Position numbers and translations under genes: made by a program
Virus record (IMG/VR): IMGVR_UViG_3300024187_000014
Location: 1 to 40,874 of that record
DNA from: a virus
Taxonomy: Duplodnaviria > Caudoviricetes
Reading direction: 5' to 3' (one strand)
DNA length: 40,874 nucleotides
The notes under the pieces: generated by a model
Databases searched by the model: none
What the model saw: the letters and a program-made list of their open reading frames with translations, nothing else
Told to the model about the DNA's origin: nothing
Part shown: positions 19,029-28,983 of the stretch, one piece after another
How positions within the stretch are numbered: position 1 is the first letter of the stretch
Layout of the letters: each line of letters begins with the position of its first letter

Positions 19029-19735
19029 TATACGACACTTAAGCCAAGTCCTTTATACGTTCGGAGAATCGACTGCGCCTGTAGCTCCCGGTTCAGAATC
19101 TCCGACAGCGCATAATTGTAAAACTTGGTCCCCTCTGAGGTAGGTGCCCACCCCGCATTTTTTGCAGTAAGCTCAAGCGCCCGCGTTAGCACCATCGTCG
19201 CCATTACAAGATCGGCGGGAAAAGCGTTATCGGGGAACCCGCAGACATATGTTAGCTTGATCGTACCTTGTGCGGGTTCAAGGGTCCGTGTTAGTCGATC
19301 CCCTCGAATTACGCTCCTACCGCCACCTTGCCCGTTGAGCAAGTAAATGATTCCACCGCGGGCATAATTAACTGAGTTAACTACGTCGAAAGAATCCCAC
19401 TTGATCGTATAATCATCCCCTGATACTTGCAATGATTCCGCGGGAAAGGCGTTAGTAGCTTGCCCGAAAAGCGCGTTAGCATCGTAATACAGCGACGATA
19501 CAGTATATAAAGGTCGTTGTCGCGTTACAATGTAGTCGACGCCTTTCGGGCTTGCGTACTCCGTCAAAGGGTTCGCCGGTCGTACAAACCTTTGTTGACA
19601 GTAACTTTGAATAAACGCCGTAACACTTTGGATATACGTTGCATACACCGTATCCAGACTGGTTCCCGACACCCGTATAAAACTCTTATACGATGTTACA
19701 TCGGTAAACATATCTGGCGAACGGGATACGCTCAA
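19028..19735 (-). CDS. Head-tail connector/adaptor (gp6-like)
   Basis: FIQSYCQQRF, IKLTYVCGF, PADL and QSILRTYK motifs. Confidence 0.75.
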   Translation of the reverse strand: MSVSRSPDMFTDVTSYKSFIRVSGTSLDTVYATYIQSVTAFIQSYCQQRFVRPANPLTEYASPKGVDYIVTRQRPLYTVSSLYYDANALFGQATNAFPAESLQVSGDDYTIKWDSFDVVNSVNYARGGIIYLLNGQGGGRSVIRGDRLTRTLEPAQGTIKLTYVCGFPDNAFPADLVMATMVLTRALELTAKNAGWAPTSEGTKFYNYALSEILNRELQAQSILRTYKGLGLSVV

Positions 19736-19736
19736 G

Positions 19737-20234
19737 TTAATCCAGCATGGTTAGTTGGCGCGTCGGATAAGCCTCGTGATCAAGGTCACTAGCGAGAACC
19801 AGCGCGGCCAGAATGTCATTAGCGGACGGATCAGCGACGGTAAAACCAAAGTGGTTAAAGCCGTTGTTGAAGTCCATATGCGTTGCCATGAATTCGAGCC
19901 AAACCAGTTCGTTAGCCTGATTCGCCAGATTGAAGGTATTGGTAGAGGCTACTGCAACTTCGGTCGGGATATCGACTCCCGCCGTTTGTGCTCCGGTGTA
20001 CTTCCAGTACCTATCGAAGTTAAGCGCCTTCGACCCAGCGCCCGCGTTCGACGTTGCTTGCAGCAGTGTGAAGGCAGGAGTAGCAGAAGCCCACGCACCT
20101 TTGATAAGGTAAATCGTGAAGCGCCGGGCATTCTTCGCATTGATCCACAGCGAAGTCATTCCGACGCCCGTCAGATTGATCGAAGCGCCTACCCAAAGTG
20201 CATGGGTGCGTTCGGCCAGCAAAGCATTAACCAT
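19737..20234 (-). CDS. Putative capsid-associated (decoration-like) protein
   Basis: Immediately after the capsid gene; TLLQATSNAGAGSKAL motif. Confidence 0.6.
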   Translation of the reverse strand: MVNALLAERTHALWVGASINLTGVGMTSLWINAKNARRFTIYLIKGAWASATPAFTLLQATSNAGAGSKALNFDRYWKYTGAQTAGVDIPTEVAVASTNTFNLANQANELVWLEFMATHMDFNNGFNHFGFTVADPSANDILAALVLASDLDHEAYPTRQLTMLD

Positions 20235-20273
20235 GTTAGTAGTTACCTCAGTTAAGCGTTTCCGTTACCTCAG

Positions 20274-21512
20274 TTAACGCGCGGCCACAGTTACGATATT
20301 CGACACAGTGTTAGAGCTGCCGTATTTCAACGTCAGCTTCGAGTTCCACCAGCTCTTACCGTCGATACGGATTTCAAACCGGAAGGCGTGCAACCCTTGA
20401 TCGAAGTAAACGTGCATCGAGGAGAAGCTACGAATGTCGCCCTTCGTTGCGTAAAGCAACGTAGTAGGATCGACAAACGCGATATCCCCGGCCGTGCCAA
20501 GGTCCGGCTGGAACTCAGTTTCGATAACCGGGCGCCCGAGAAGAGTCGGGTACGGGGCGCCGTCTACCGTATGCTGCGGGAGGAAAATCGGAATCGTTCC
20601 AACCGTCATTTTGAACAGTTGCGGCCATGCGTTGTTGCAGACGAACCAAACGCCATTCTTGCGGCAACCGTGCCACATACCAGACCACATCTTAAAGACG
20701 TTATCCGTGAGGATCGTACTTGCGGCTTGTCCCGTTTCCGCGGCAATCGATTTGAGGGAGGGGGAGTTAAGGAAACCTTGCGGCTTGCCTACTCCGTCGC
20801 CGTTAACCACGGAATCGCCGATACGGAATCGAAACTCCTGCGCGACGATATCCGAAAGGAAGGTTTCCAGTACCGGAAAATCTTCCAGCATTTCCGTTGT
20901 AACCTTCGTAAAGACGTACAACGTCTCCAATTTCAGGTTAACATTCTTTTCTTTCGGCTTGCTCGCGGTAAGCGCGCTCGGCGGACCCTCTTGGCGCCAG
21001 TACGACGTAACACCACCGAAGCGGCTCCCGTCAGCGCGGGAGGTTTCATCAATCGCAGGAATCGAGAGCGTGTTACTAGTCAGCTGGTTAAACAGCCGGA
21101 CCCGCGAAAGCATTTCATCTTCATAAACGCGCAGTAGGATTTCATTCGCAAACTGCGGGGGCACCATTACCCCGCCATCGCTCATAATCGATTCATTCAT
21201 TGCCGCGGGGAACGCCTTACCCTCATACTGCTTGAGGGTTTTTTCGCGGTAATCGACATACGCCTTATCGTATGTCTTGAGCGCTTCCGACATTGACTTA
21301 CCAGTGTACAGCGCGTGAACATCCCGGAGGAAGTGCCCGCTACTACGATACGGCGCCACCTTGGCGGCGCGCTCGCGCTTGAGTTGCTTCCGGTGATAGT
21401 CAAGCACGCTACTTGCGGTAGCGTCCGGACGGCGCGGGGACTTCATTTCTTCCAAACCGCGCCGGTTACGCTTCTGCGCAAGTCGAATCTTTTCCAAAGC
21501 GGACGAAGCCAT
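20274..21512 (-). CDS. Major capsid protein, HK97 fold
   Basis: DGGVMVPPQF, NGDGVGKPQGF, TLLGRPVIETE, GDIAFVD and FRFEIRIDG motifs. Confidence 0.95.
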   Translation of the reverse strand: MASSALEKIRLAQKRNRRGLEEMKSPRRPDATASSVLDYHRKQLKRERAAKVAPYRSSGHFLRDVHALYTGKSMSEALKTYDKAYVDYREKTLKQYEGKAFPAAMNESIMSDGGVMVPPQFANEILLRVYEDEMLSRVRLFNQLTSNTLSIPAIDETSRADGSRFGGVTSYWRQEGPPSALTASKPKEKNVNLKLETLYVFTKVTTEMLEDFPVLETFLSDIVAQEFRFRIGDSVVNGDGVGKPQGFLNSPSLKSIAAETGQAASTILTDNVFKMWSGMWHGCRKNGVWFVCNNAWPQLFKMTVGTIPIFLPQHTVDGAPYPTLLGRPVIETEFQPDLGTAGDIAFVDPTTLLYATKGDIRSFSSMHVYFDQGLHAFRFEIRIDGKSWWNSKLTLKYGSSNTVSNIVTVAAR

Positions 21513-21532
21513 AGGGACTTACCTCAGTTAAG

Positions 21533-22570
21533 TTAACGGACAGTTTTCTTGCGGTTAGCCTTCAGCGAATCGATTTCTTTCTGTTGGGATTCCAATTCCT
21601 TATGAACGAGCTTGAATTCCCGCTCAAGCTCTTTCAGGCGCTTAACATTCTCAACCGGGATATCATGGGCCGCGCCTTCATCCGCTTTCAATTCTTCCTC
21701 ATCGGGGTACGTCTTACCGTGAACTTCGCGGGTATCTTCCGCAAGTTCCTTGTGGTGTTCTACCATCGCCTTCATATGCTCATGCGCCGGCGTATTAGGT
21801 TCCAGTCCCTTACACATTTTCTCACATTCAACGGACATCGCTAGATTCATCGAATGGTAGGTATCAAGCGCTTTCGCGCCGGGCGGACTTTCGTGAGTCT
21901 CTTCCTCATCGTCCGCGTCTTTTGGATCGTCTACGGATTTCGTTTTTGTCTCCACTTTCTTCTCCGTATCGGAGGTTTCTGTTTTCTTTTCCTCCGTCTT
22001 AGCTTCCTCTTTAATCTTCAAGCTTTTTCCGATAAGCATTGTAACTTTCTCCGCGGGTAAATAGCGGCGCATTGCCTGTATAATCTTCGGGCTAACCTCG
22101 ATAGGATGCTTAATCGACTTCATAACCCACTCGACCAAACCATCAGGGTTTTCCGGGAGTAGGCATAAGGACACTTCTACAATTTCCGCGGACTCAATTA
22201 CCCCGTCACGGTTCGCGCGCCATAACCCGCCCAGCGAAACCCCGCGACAAATACCATTGTATGCCATGTCGAATACGGACATGGCGTCCCAGTTACTTTG
22301 ATCGAAACTGATAATGCCGTCAACGACGTTAGTACCTGAGTCATACGCCATAGTGTACGACTTAGTTTCCCGATTCTCCGTTAGACCAATGGGGAGCGTT
22401 CTATCATGCGTGAACAATGCAATGGGAATTTTTTGATGATTCGCAAGTTGAATCGACCCGGGCGCAAACTTCTCGCCTTCACGGTCGATTGTATTACAAT
22501 CGACCTTGAACCCGACTTGGCACCGGATAACGTCTAAGTTATCAACGGGAAGCGTCAAAGTTTCATTCAC
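21533..22570 (-). CDS. HK97-family prohead protease with charged scaffold-like C-terminus
   Basis: IDREGE, ALFTHD..LPIG, RGVSLG and EVSLCLLPENP motifs. Confidence 0.85.
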   Translation of the reverse strand: MNETLTLPVDNLDVIRCQVGFKVDCNTIDREGEKFAPGSIQLANHQKIPIALFTHDRTLPIGLTENRETKSYTMAYDSGTNVVDGIISFDQSNWDAMSVFDMAYNGICRGVSLGGLWRANRDGVIESAEIVEVSLCLLPENPDGLVEWVMKSIKHPIEVSPKIIQAMRRYLPAEKVTMLIGKSLKIKEEAKTEEKKTETSDTEKKVETKTKSVDDPKDADDEEETHESPPGAKALDTYHSMNLAMSVECEKMCKGLEPNTPAHEHMKAMVEHHKELAEDTREVHGKTYPDEEELKADEGAAHDIPVENVKRLKELEREFKLVHKELESQQKEIDSLKANRKKTVR

Positions 22571-22582
22571 GAATTAACTCAG

Positions 22583-22792
22583 TTAACTATATTCGCGACC
22601 GTCGCCAAACCATTGCGCAAGTCGATTTAAGATATGCCAGCGGAATTCAAAATCGATGAGTCCAACGTCAATTTGCCCGCGGGAGATTTTCCACCCCTGC
22701 GGGAGTCGAGTTACCTTAGCGCCGTTAGGTACGCGGAGCGTAGTTCCGTCGTTAAACAGAATCTCTTTCCGCGTTACGCCTATCAGGAGCAT
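22583..22792 (-). CDS. Small hypothetical protein
   Basis: ATG downstream of an internal promoter; stop codon lies in the motif at 22574. Confidence 0.55.
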   Translation of the reverse strand: MLLIGVTRKEILFNDGTTLRVPNGAKVTRLPQGWKISRGQIDVGLIDFEFRWHILNRLAQWFGDGREYS

Positions 22793-22811
22793 TAGTATAA
22801 CTCATTTATAC

Positions 22812-22840
22812 ATTGTATCACATTGTATTACAAAAGTCAA
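22812..22840 (-). promoter_or_regulatory. Internal leftward promoter upstream of protease/capsid
   Basis: Minus strand TTGACT (22840-22835), 17-bp spacer, TACAAT (22817-22812), with TG extension. Confidence 0.65.
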
Positions 22841-22866
22841 TAGTGATTTTCATAAATTAATAAAAA

Positions 22867-24231
22867 TTAGCTTGACAAATGTTTTCCGTTACTCCCCGCT
22901 CCCGCCCGCGTACCTACGTCCGCGGGGTTTGAACTCCCGGAACTCGACTCCGTTTGTGCCCCTTGCTGTTTCGCGGCGTTAGCTTGCTCTTGCATTTTTT
23001 GCTCGCGTGCCGCGGGGATTTCGTCCCCGCCCGGTTTTTCGGGATATCCCATAACGGCCCGAATCTCGTTATCCGTGAAGGCACCGATTTCCTTCATCGT
23101 CTTAGCGGTATCTTTCTTTTGGTCTGGATCGTCTACCCGGTGAGCGCGGTACATGAACTCTTCCGGTACATCATCGAAATAGTCCGCGAATACTTGCTTA
23201 TCCGACATTGCGAGGCGCCATAGAATCGGCTGTATCCTTAACTCAGTTAACTGTAACATCGCGGCGTAAAATTCCGCGTGGGAACTCGCTTCCATGATGC
23301 CCGCAGCAACCGGCGGAACCTTGTACCCGCCATAGATAGCATCACGGATTTGCGACCAGCCGTTAACGTGGTCTAAGTCATTCGAGGTAAGCGCCCACGG
23401 TTCCATAACTAAGCCGCGCGGAACATACAAGTGTTCGCCCGCATTCTCTGACCCGCTCTGCACGCTTCGTAGCTCTTTCTTGAATCTGTCACGATCCTCC
23501 GGCGATAGCTCCGCGTCTGCTGTTTCCGTAATCTTGCTTCCGGGGCGCATTCCCTTCGCCATGAGGTTATACCGGGAATTATCAATCTGGTCCGCTAGAT
23601 CGATCCACCCTGCCATAGCGCTAGTAGGACTCCAGCCGTCGCCTAGGTGCATAGGCGCAGGGAGCCTAACTACTTGACACTCCTCATACGGGATCATTTC
23701 CGCGAGAATCGAAAACAGCTTAACGGGGTATTCTGACCACGTTACCCCCTGCATCGCGGTAAGCGTCACGCGGAAACCGTCGCGCGTAGGCGCCAACATG
23801 CCAGTAGGGATCGAATACCGCTCCGCGATACCGCTTGATTTGTTCTCTACTACCCACGTTACGCTGATACCCGTTAGCATGAGATTCAAAACGCGCATTT
23901 CGTTAAACAGCGCTAACGATTGGTCCGGGTTCGGGCTGTGAACCGCTTCGTACATCGCATGATCTTTAGTAATCAGCTCCGCCGGCTCTACCGTAGCCTG
24001 AACAATTTGATCTAAGATAGTCGAGATAGCGCAGTATACGTGCCCCTTATACTGCTTCGATTCCTGAAAGTGGTCCGAACTCCAATAGCCGACAAACTTA
24101 CCCGCAAGCGCCTGTTGCAACAGTACGATATTAGACGAACTGTCCGCAACTTTGTTCGCAAGCTCTTTAACTTGCTCCCGAAGTTCTGCGCGTCCCGTAA
24201 CTCTATCGATCCATTGCCCTAATTTACTCAT
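22867..24231 (-). CDS. Portal protein (HK97-like)
   Basis: VYCAISTI, GWSP, GSENAG, YKVPP, IQPIL and FTDNEIRAVMGYPEKPGGD motifs; ATG 4 nt after the motif at 24236. Confidence 0.9.
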   Translation of the reverse strand: MSKLGQWIDRVTGRAELREQVKELANKVADSSSNIVLLQQALAGKFVGYWSSDHFQESKQYKGHVYCAISTILDQIVQATVEPAELITKDHAMYEAVHSPNPDQSLALFNEMRVLNLMLTGISVTWVVENKSSGIAERYSIPTGMLAPTRDGFRVTLTAMQGVTWSEYPVKLFSILAEMIPYEECQVVRLPAPMHLGDGWSPTSAMAGWIDLADQIDNSRYNLMAKGMRPGSKITETADAELSPEDRDRFKKELRSVQSGSENAGEHLYVPRGLVMEPWALTSNDLDHVNGWSQIRDAIYGGYKVPPVAAGIMEASSHAEFYAAMLQLTELRIQPILWRLAMSDKQVFADYFDDVPEEFMYRAHRVDDPDQKKDTAKTMKEIGAFTDNEIRAVMGYPEKPGGDEIPAAREQKMQEQANAAKQQGAQTESSSGSSNPADVGTRAGAGSNGKHLSS

Positions 24232-24244
24232 GACGTTACCTGAG

Positions 24245-24502
24245 TTAACCCAAACGCTCTGCACCTTCTAAAGCCTCGTGAAATCTATCGTACCACTCTG
24301 CTACAGGGAAAGTCTTAGCATACAAAAAGGCTATTAGCTCTCCTGTACCAAACCCTCCCCTGCATTCTCCGGCAATCAGCGCTTGTTGCTCTCCAAATAA
24401 CTTTTTGTAAACTTCGTACGCGGCTAACGTAACCTTAGTAGAGATTCGCCCGCCTCTACGGTCCCCTGTTTGCACCGGGTGGGTATCGATTGTATCCGGC
24501 AT
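24245..24502 (-). CDS. Hypothetical protein
   Basis: Bounded by 13-bp motifs at both ends (RBS and stop codon); RGGFGTGEL. Confidence 0.65.
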   Translation of the reverse strand: MPDTIDTHPVQTGDRRGGRISTKVTLAAYEVYKKLFGEQQALIAGECRGGFGTGELIAFLYAKTFPVAEWYDRFHEALEGAERLG

Positions 24503-24509
24503 AGTTACC

Positions 24510-24857
24510 TCAGTTAACTCGTTTCCACCCCGCCGAACCCTCAAGCTTCTCTGTAAGCTCTAATCTTGCATTCCGCGCCGCCTGCATTTTGCGGAGTAAC
24601 TCCTCCGCAGTTTCCTCTGACCAGTCCTCATGTACTTCTACACTCACGGCGCCCGTCTCATACGTCGCCTGATACCAACGTCCATTAAGTCGCATCACTA
24701 GGAACGTCGCAACGTCCTTATCGGGGGTCTTGACACGCTTAACGTGATTAGTCCCGTACTCTTTTTCCAAGCGCTTGTACGCAAGCTCTACCGCACCCTC
24801 TTTCGACATAGCTTTAGTTAATTCATCAGTAGCGATATCGTGGAAAAAGAGTTTCAT
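24510..24857 (-). CDS. Hypothetical protein
   Basis: TAATG coupling to TerL. Confidence 0.65.
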   Translation of the reverse strand: MKLFFHDIATDELTKAMSKEGAVELAYKRLEKEYGTNHVKRVKTPDKDVATFLVMRLNGRWYQATYETGAVSVEVHEDWSEETAEELLRKMQAARNARLELTEKLEGSAGWKRVN

Positions 24858-26287
24858 TAAATTAACTCGAAAGAGCCTCCGGTAGTTACCGCGAGACGCT
24901 CCAGCGCAACACAAGCAATCGCGTAGGCGTCCGCAACGTCGTCCAACAGACCCTCCGGGGCGCGTAGCGTACTGCGCTCAATGCTCATCAGCTGATAAAG
25001 CGCGGTAGAGGATCGAATTTTCGTTTTCTCATCCTTCAAATGTTCCGCCATACTGGCGTACATTTCAGCTTTACCCCGTGAGTCGGACAAGTGCCCGACA
25101 TTCTTATCGCGCCTTGAATGTAGGAGCCGTGCCTTACGGTTTTTCAAATCGAGGATAACCGCGTGCCCGTGGTTGTTGCGCTCAACCATGAGTCCGGCGT
25201 TATTGTAATAGCGGCTAAGCGCATGGAGGAAGTCTGCAAACACGGCAATTTCAATTTTGGCGTGTACCTCCGCAACCTGATTGCCTTCAGTATCGAGGAC
25301 AACAGCCGCGCTATCATCGCTCGTTTCCTTTCCTTCGGCAACGTCAACACCGATAACATATCGAGTGCCCGCTTTCGGCAGCTCCCATACCTTCAATCCC
25401 GGCAACTCAGGCGGGATATCGATTAACTGAGTTAACTCCTCGTACGCTTTTTGGCACCACGCGGGCGATAGGCGCTTGTTAAGTTCATGCGGGGCTAAGG
25501 CCTCGATATCGGTATTCGGGTACTGCTCATGTACGAAGTCAAGGGAGCCAGTGTTAGTTAGAGAGTCCTTTACTTGATCCTCATACCACTGTTGCGTCCT
25601 ACCGGGATGAGCACGCCAATCACAGAATATCGGAAAATACTTATTTTCCCCATCACGCGCTCCGCGGTAAATCCGCTTAAACATCGACTCAGGTAAGTCC
25701 TTGTTAGCTCGCGATATCAAAAGCAATTGCCCGCCGTTATCTACCGTAGGCTTAACCCGCCGTAACAGCGTGCCAAGGTCCGCAACTAGGTCCGCTTCAT
25801 CGACCATGACAATCGAAGCTGTGTAGGAATCTCCCGCCGTAGTCGGTAAAGCGCGAACCCGACTACCGTTCCCAAAAACGAGCGTATGCGCGTTGCCCTT
25901 GCAACCAAGGCGCATCCACGGCGGGAGATTCCTTTCCATACCTACCAATCGCGTTAATAACTCTTGAGCCTCAGTATCGCGGAGAGAATACAGCAAACAA
26001 AGCGAGTTAGGGTAAAAAATACTCTGCTTGAGTATCTTCGCTTCGCCTAACCAGCTCCAGCCGATTTGCCGCGCCTTTAACGCGACTACTAACTGCTCTG
26101 TATCAAACGCTTCCGCTACCGGAACCTGCGCGGGCCATAGATCGAACGGAACCCAATCTGTTTCTTCTCCGCTTTCATCCTTAGACAAAATCTTGATGTA
26201 GTTACAACAGAGATACGCTAGGGATCGAAGACACCTAGCATTCTCCGCGATTCTCTGAGCCAGCGTTACCTCAGTTAACTGGTTCAA
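24857..26287 (-). CDS. Terminase large subunit
   Basis: LKARQIGWS (Walker A), VMVDEA (Walker B), IGVDVAEG...DDS, VERNNHG and DDVADA (RNase H nuclease); start uncertain. Confidence 0.93.
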   Translation of the reverse strand: MNQLTEVTLAQRIAENARCLRSLAYLCCNYIKILSKDESGEETDWVPFDLWPAQVPVAEAFDTEQLVVALKARQIGWSWLGEAKILKQSIFYPNSLCLLYSLRDTEAQELLTRLVGMERNLPPWMRLGCKGNAHTLVFGNGSRVRALPTTAGDSYTASIVMVDEADLVADLGTLLRRVKPTVDNGGQLLLISRANKDLPESMFKRIYRGARDGENKYFPIFCDWRAHPGRTQQWYEDQVKDSLTNTGSLDFVHEQYPNTDIEALAPHELNKRLSPAWCQKAYEELTQLIDIPPELPGLKVWELPKAGTRYVIGVDVAEGKETSDDSAAVVLDTEGNQVAEVHAKIEIAVFADFLHALSRYYNNAGLMVERNNHGHAVILDLKNRKARLLHSRRDKNVGHLSDSRGKAEMYASMAEHLKDEKTKIRSSTALYQLMSIERSTLRAPEGLLDDVADAYAIACVALERLAVTTGGSFELI

Positions 26288-28573
26288 TCAGATTCCCCAC
26301 TTCGTTCGCAACGCCGCAATCTTCGCATCAAGAAACGTCGCGTCCTTCACGTCCGAGTAGATGAGCAGCTCCAGCAGGTGCCCGTTGTGCGGGTTTCCGC
26401 CGTTGTACTTCAAGTCCCCGATGGTGCCGCATTTAGCTGTCCCTGTCACGCTCCCGCTCAGCGTCAACGTCGAGCCGTTCAACCGCAACTCGCTTGATGC
26501 CCCGTTGTTCGTGCTGGCCGTAACGAATGCCCCGGTTAACGTGTTGGCCGCGCCGCCATTTCGCTCCGTGCCACCGTACTTGACATAGAACACATTGTCC
26601 GAAAACCAGACCGGGGCTTCAAACGCAACAACGGAAGAACTTTCGCTCCCGAACGGCGAGGTGAAGATGCCCGTCGCGGCCCGCTTGAAAACGGCAATGT
26701 AAGTGAGGCCCGAAACGTCTGCGGGCAGGTGCATTCTGTCGTCGCTGCCATCGAAGAGAATTCCCGGCAGCGAGTTTTGCACGCCCGTCTTGAACAACGG
26801 CCGCGAGCCTGATACGGACATGCTCACGTGGGCACCGTTGCCGCTCTTGTCCTGCCACCAGTAAGCGGCCTGATTGTTTGTCGCCTGCGTCGTGTTGGCC
26901 GCGTCGGTCGTCACCACGTCGTCGGCCGCGTAGTGACCCAGGATGCCGACTTCCTCCACAACCGGGATCGTGAACGGCGCGAGGTCTGCCGCCTGTCCGT
27001 TGGCGTCCGTCGCGCGGATCACGATGGTCGACGGTGTGTTGACAACCTGCGTCGGCGTGCCCGCGACAGCACCGCTGCTGGCGTTCAGCGTGATCCCGGT
27101 GGGCAGCGTCCCTTGAAAGACGCTGTAGGTGTATGGAGCCGTGCCGCCGCTGGCGCTCACCGTGAACCCGGTGTAGGCCGTGTTGACCACCGTCGCTGTC
27201 GTAACCGGCGTGGCGCTGATCGTGGGCAAGTCGGCGAGTACGGGCGAGAACGATGCTCGCGTGACATAGCCGCTGTCGCCCCAGGCGTACATATTCAACG
27301 TGCCGATTTCCGTGGCCGCAACGTTGCTGAACTCGCACCAGATCGCGCGAAGACTCGCCACGGCGTTCTGCACGGCTTCCATCTGGCCAAGCGGGTAGGT
27401 CGCCCCACTCGCCTGCCAGAGCGTGCGCGTCGTGACGCTCGTCCCGTCACTGGCCCGGTCTGCGTAGTAAATATCGCCGCCATCGACTTCACTCAGTGCG
27501 TTCGTCTCGGTCCAGGTACAACGCACCACACCGCCCGCGAGCGGGATAATCCCAAGGCTGGGGTTTTTCGTGCTGGTGCCGAGATTCACAACGGAGCCGA
27601 GGACGCCGCTAATGTAAGACTGGTACTTGATCGTGTACGAAGAGCCGTCCACAGAGTCGCACCAGATGAAATGCCGGTTGCTGCCACCGGAGTCATAACA
27701 CCAGTCCGGCCCCCAATTGACCGTGAAGTTCCCGCTGTTGTCGATCAGCAGGAAGTTGCTAACGTTACCGCTAGTGATGCCTGTCGACGCCGCCACGCTG
27801 AAGCTGTTGTCAATGTTGTGGATCGTGTCGTCGGCGGTTTCGTAGTACCAGTAGTACACGCCGCGGCGGTAGGTGTCGCCGGTGTCCGCCTTCGTCGTGA
27901 CGAAGTGGATCTTTGTCCCGACGAGCTGGCACCGCATGTTGTACCAGCGGAACCCCACGCCAAACGAGCAGATGCCCGCGACAGCGCCCCAAGTTATCCG
28001 GCCTCCAGGATTGAAGGTTCCGATGATCAGTTCGCAGGCGTTAATGGCGCTGGCGTCGCGGTAAAAAACATAGACTTGGTTGCCGACCACGACGGGGTGC
28101 GGGTACGATCCGCCTATACCACCGAACGTGGCTTGCCGCGACCAGTGACTTTCGTCGTTGGGAGCAGTGGATACCGAGTGCTGAATTACGTCGTTGTGCG
28201 AGCCGCCGATCACATGGTCATAGCCGTTTGTGTCGGTGAAGCGCGCCGGGTTGCCGTGGTCGTCGTTTTGCAACCACCCCGAACCAGCTTGGTAAATACC
28301 CTCCCATTGATTAGTCGCGTGGTTGAACGAAGTAACGCATGGAAACCGCGCCCCGCCGCTGGACGCCTCAAAGGCCATCTGAGTCTTGTTGCGCGTCGAA
28401 TTGGCGACGGCATGGGGAAATACGAAGTTGTTATACCACGGGTAGGTGCAGCCGTTCTGGGCGAAGGGCGCGGCGGTGACGGAGAAGGGGTTTCGACTAG
28501 ACGCCGATACCCGACCGCTTGCAGAAACGCGCCCGCTTTTAGCAACTCGATTAACTGAGGTAACGCGACCCAT
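26288..28573 (-). CDS. Putative receptor-binding protein: BNR-repeat propeller + putative Ig (He_PIG) + LamG/ConA-like domain
   Basis: DDHGNP, SYPHPV, ASGGTAPYTYSV..GTLPTGITLNASSGAVAGTP, WQDKSGNG.H and FDGSDD motifs. Confidence 0.75.
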   Translation of the reverse strand: MGRVTSVNRVAKSGRVSASGRVSASSRNPFSVTAAPFAQNGCTYPWYNNFVFPHAVANSTRNKTQMAFEASSGGARFPCVTSFNHATNQWEGIYQAGSGWLQNDDHGNPARFTDTNGYDHVIGGSHNDVIQHSVSTAPNDESHWSRQATFGGIGGSYPHPVVVGNQVYVFYRDASAINACELIIGTFNPGGRITWGAVAGICSFGVGFRWYNMRCQLVGTKIHFVTTKADTGDTYRRGVYYWYYETADDTIHNIDNSFSVAASTGITSGNVSNFLLIDNSGNFTVNWGPDWCYDSGGSNRHFIWCDSVDGSSYTIKYQSYISGVLGSVVNLGTSTKNPSLGIIPLAGGVVRCTWTETNALSEVDGGDIYYADRASDGTSVTTRTLWQASGATYPLGQMEAVQNAVASLRAIWCEFSNVAATEIGTLNMYAWGDSGYVTRASFSPVLADLPTISATPVTTATVVNTAYTGFTVSASGGTAPYTYSVFQGTLPTGITLNASSGAVAGTPTQVVNTPSTIVIRATDANGQAADLAPFTIPVVEEVGILGHYAADDVVTTDAANTTQATNNQAAYWWQDKSGNGAHVSMSVSGSRPLFKTGVQNSLPGILFDGSDDRMHLPADVSGLTYIAVFKRAATGIFTSPFGSESSSVVAFEAPVWFSDNVFYVKYGGTERNGGAANTLTGAFVTASTNNGASSELRLNGSTLTLSGSVTGTAKCGTIGDLKYNGGNPHNGHLLELLIYSDVKDATFLDAKIAALRTKWGI

Positions 28574-28965
28574 TATGAAATCACCGCCCCCGCCGCAAGA
28601 GGGCGATATACTACAGCGACTCTCAGAGTACCCGCGTTACCAGTGCCGACAAAAATACCTTGAATCTTTTTCGCGTTAGGTAGCACAATCGGGCCGGAGA
28701 ACGCTGTTAGGTTAGTTCCAGTCACACCTAACAAAGCTAGGATTGTCGCCGCAAGTAAAGTATCGAGTGTACCGTTATTTGTCTTAACCGCGACACTTGT
28801 CAAACCACCAGCAGCCGCGGACAAAAAGAACGCAATACGTTCTATTAGAATATCCCCGCCCGACACAGTTCCGATATCGACCGTACCCGTACCCGTAAGA
28901 CTCAAAGTCAAGTATGCGACTTGAACCTTATCAGTATCCGGCACTCCACCGCTAGAAGTAGGCAC
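28573..28965 (-). CDS. Hypothetical beta-rich virion-like protein
   Basis: GTG start after the motif at 28971; C-terminal GTLRVAVVYRPL. Confidence 0.6.
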   Translation of the reverse strand: MPTSSGGVPDTDKVQVAYLTLSLTGTGTVDIGTVSGGDILIERIAFFLSAAAGGLTSVAVKTNNGTLDTLLAATILALLGVTGTNLTAFSGPIVLPNAKKIQGIFVGTGNAGTLRVAVVYRPLAAGAVIS

Positions 28966-28983
28966 CCTAGTTACCTCAGTTAA

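Noticed and set aside
20388-21137. Long plus-strand ORFs opposite the capsid gene
   Set aside because: Antisense shadows with no RBS or recognisable motifs.
26828-28558. 576-aa plus-strand ORF
   Set aside because: Antisense shadow of the GC-rich receptor-binding gene, with Arg/Val/Gly-rich non-protein-like composition.
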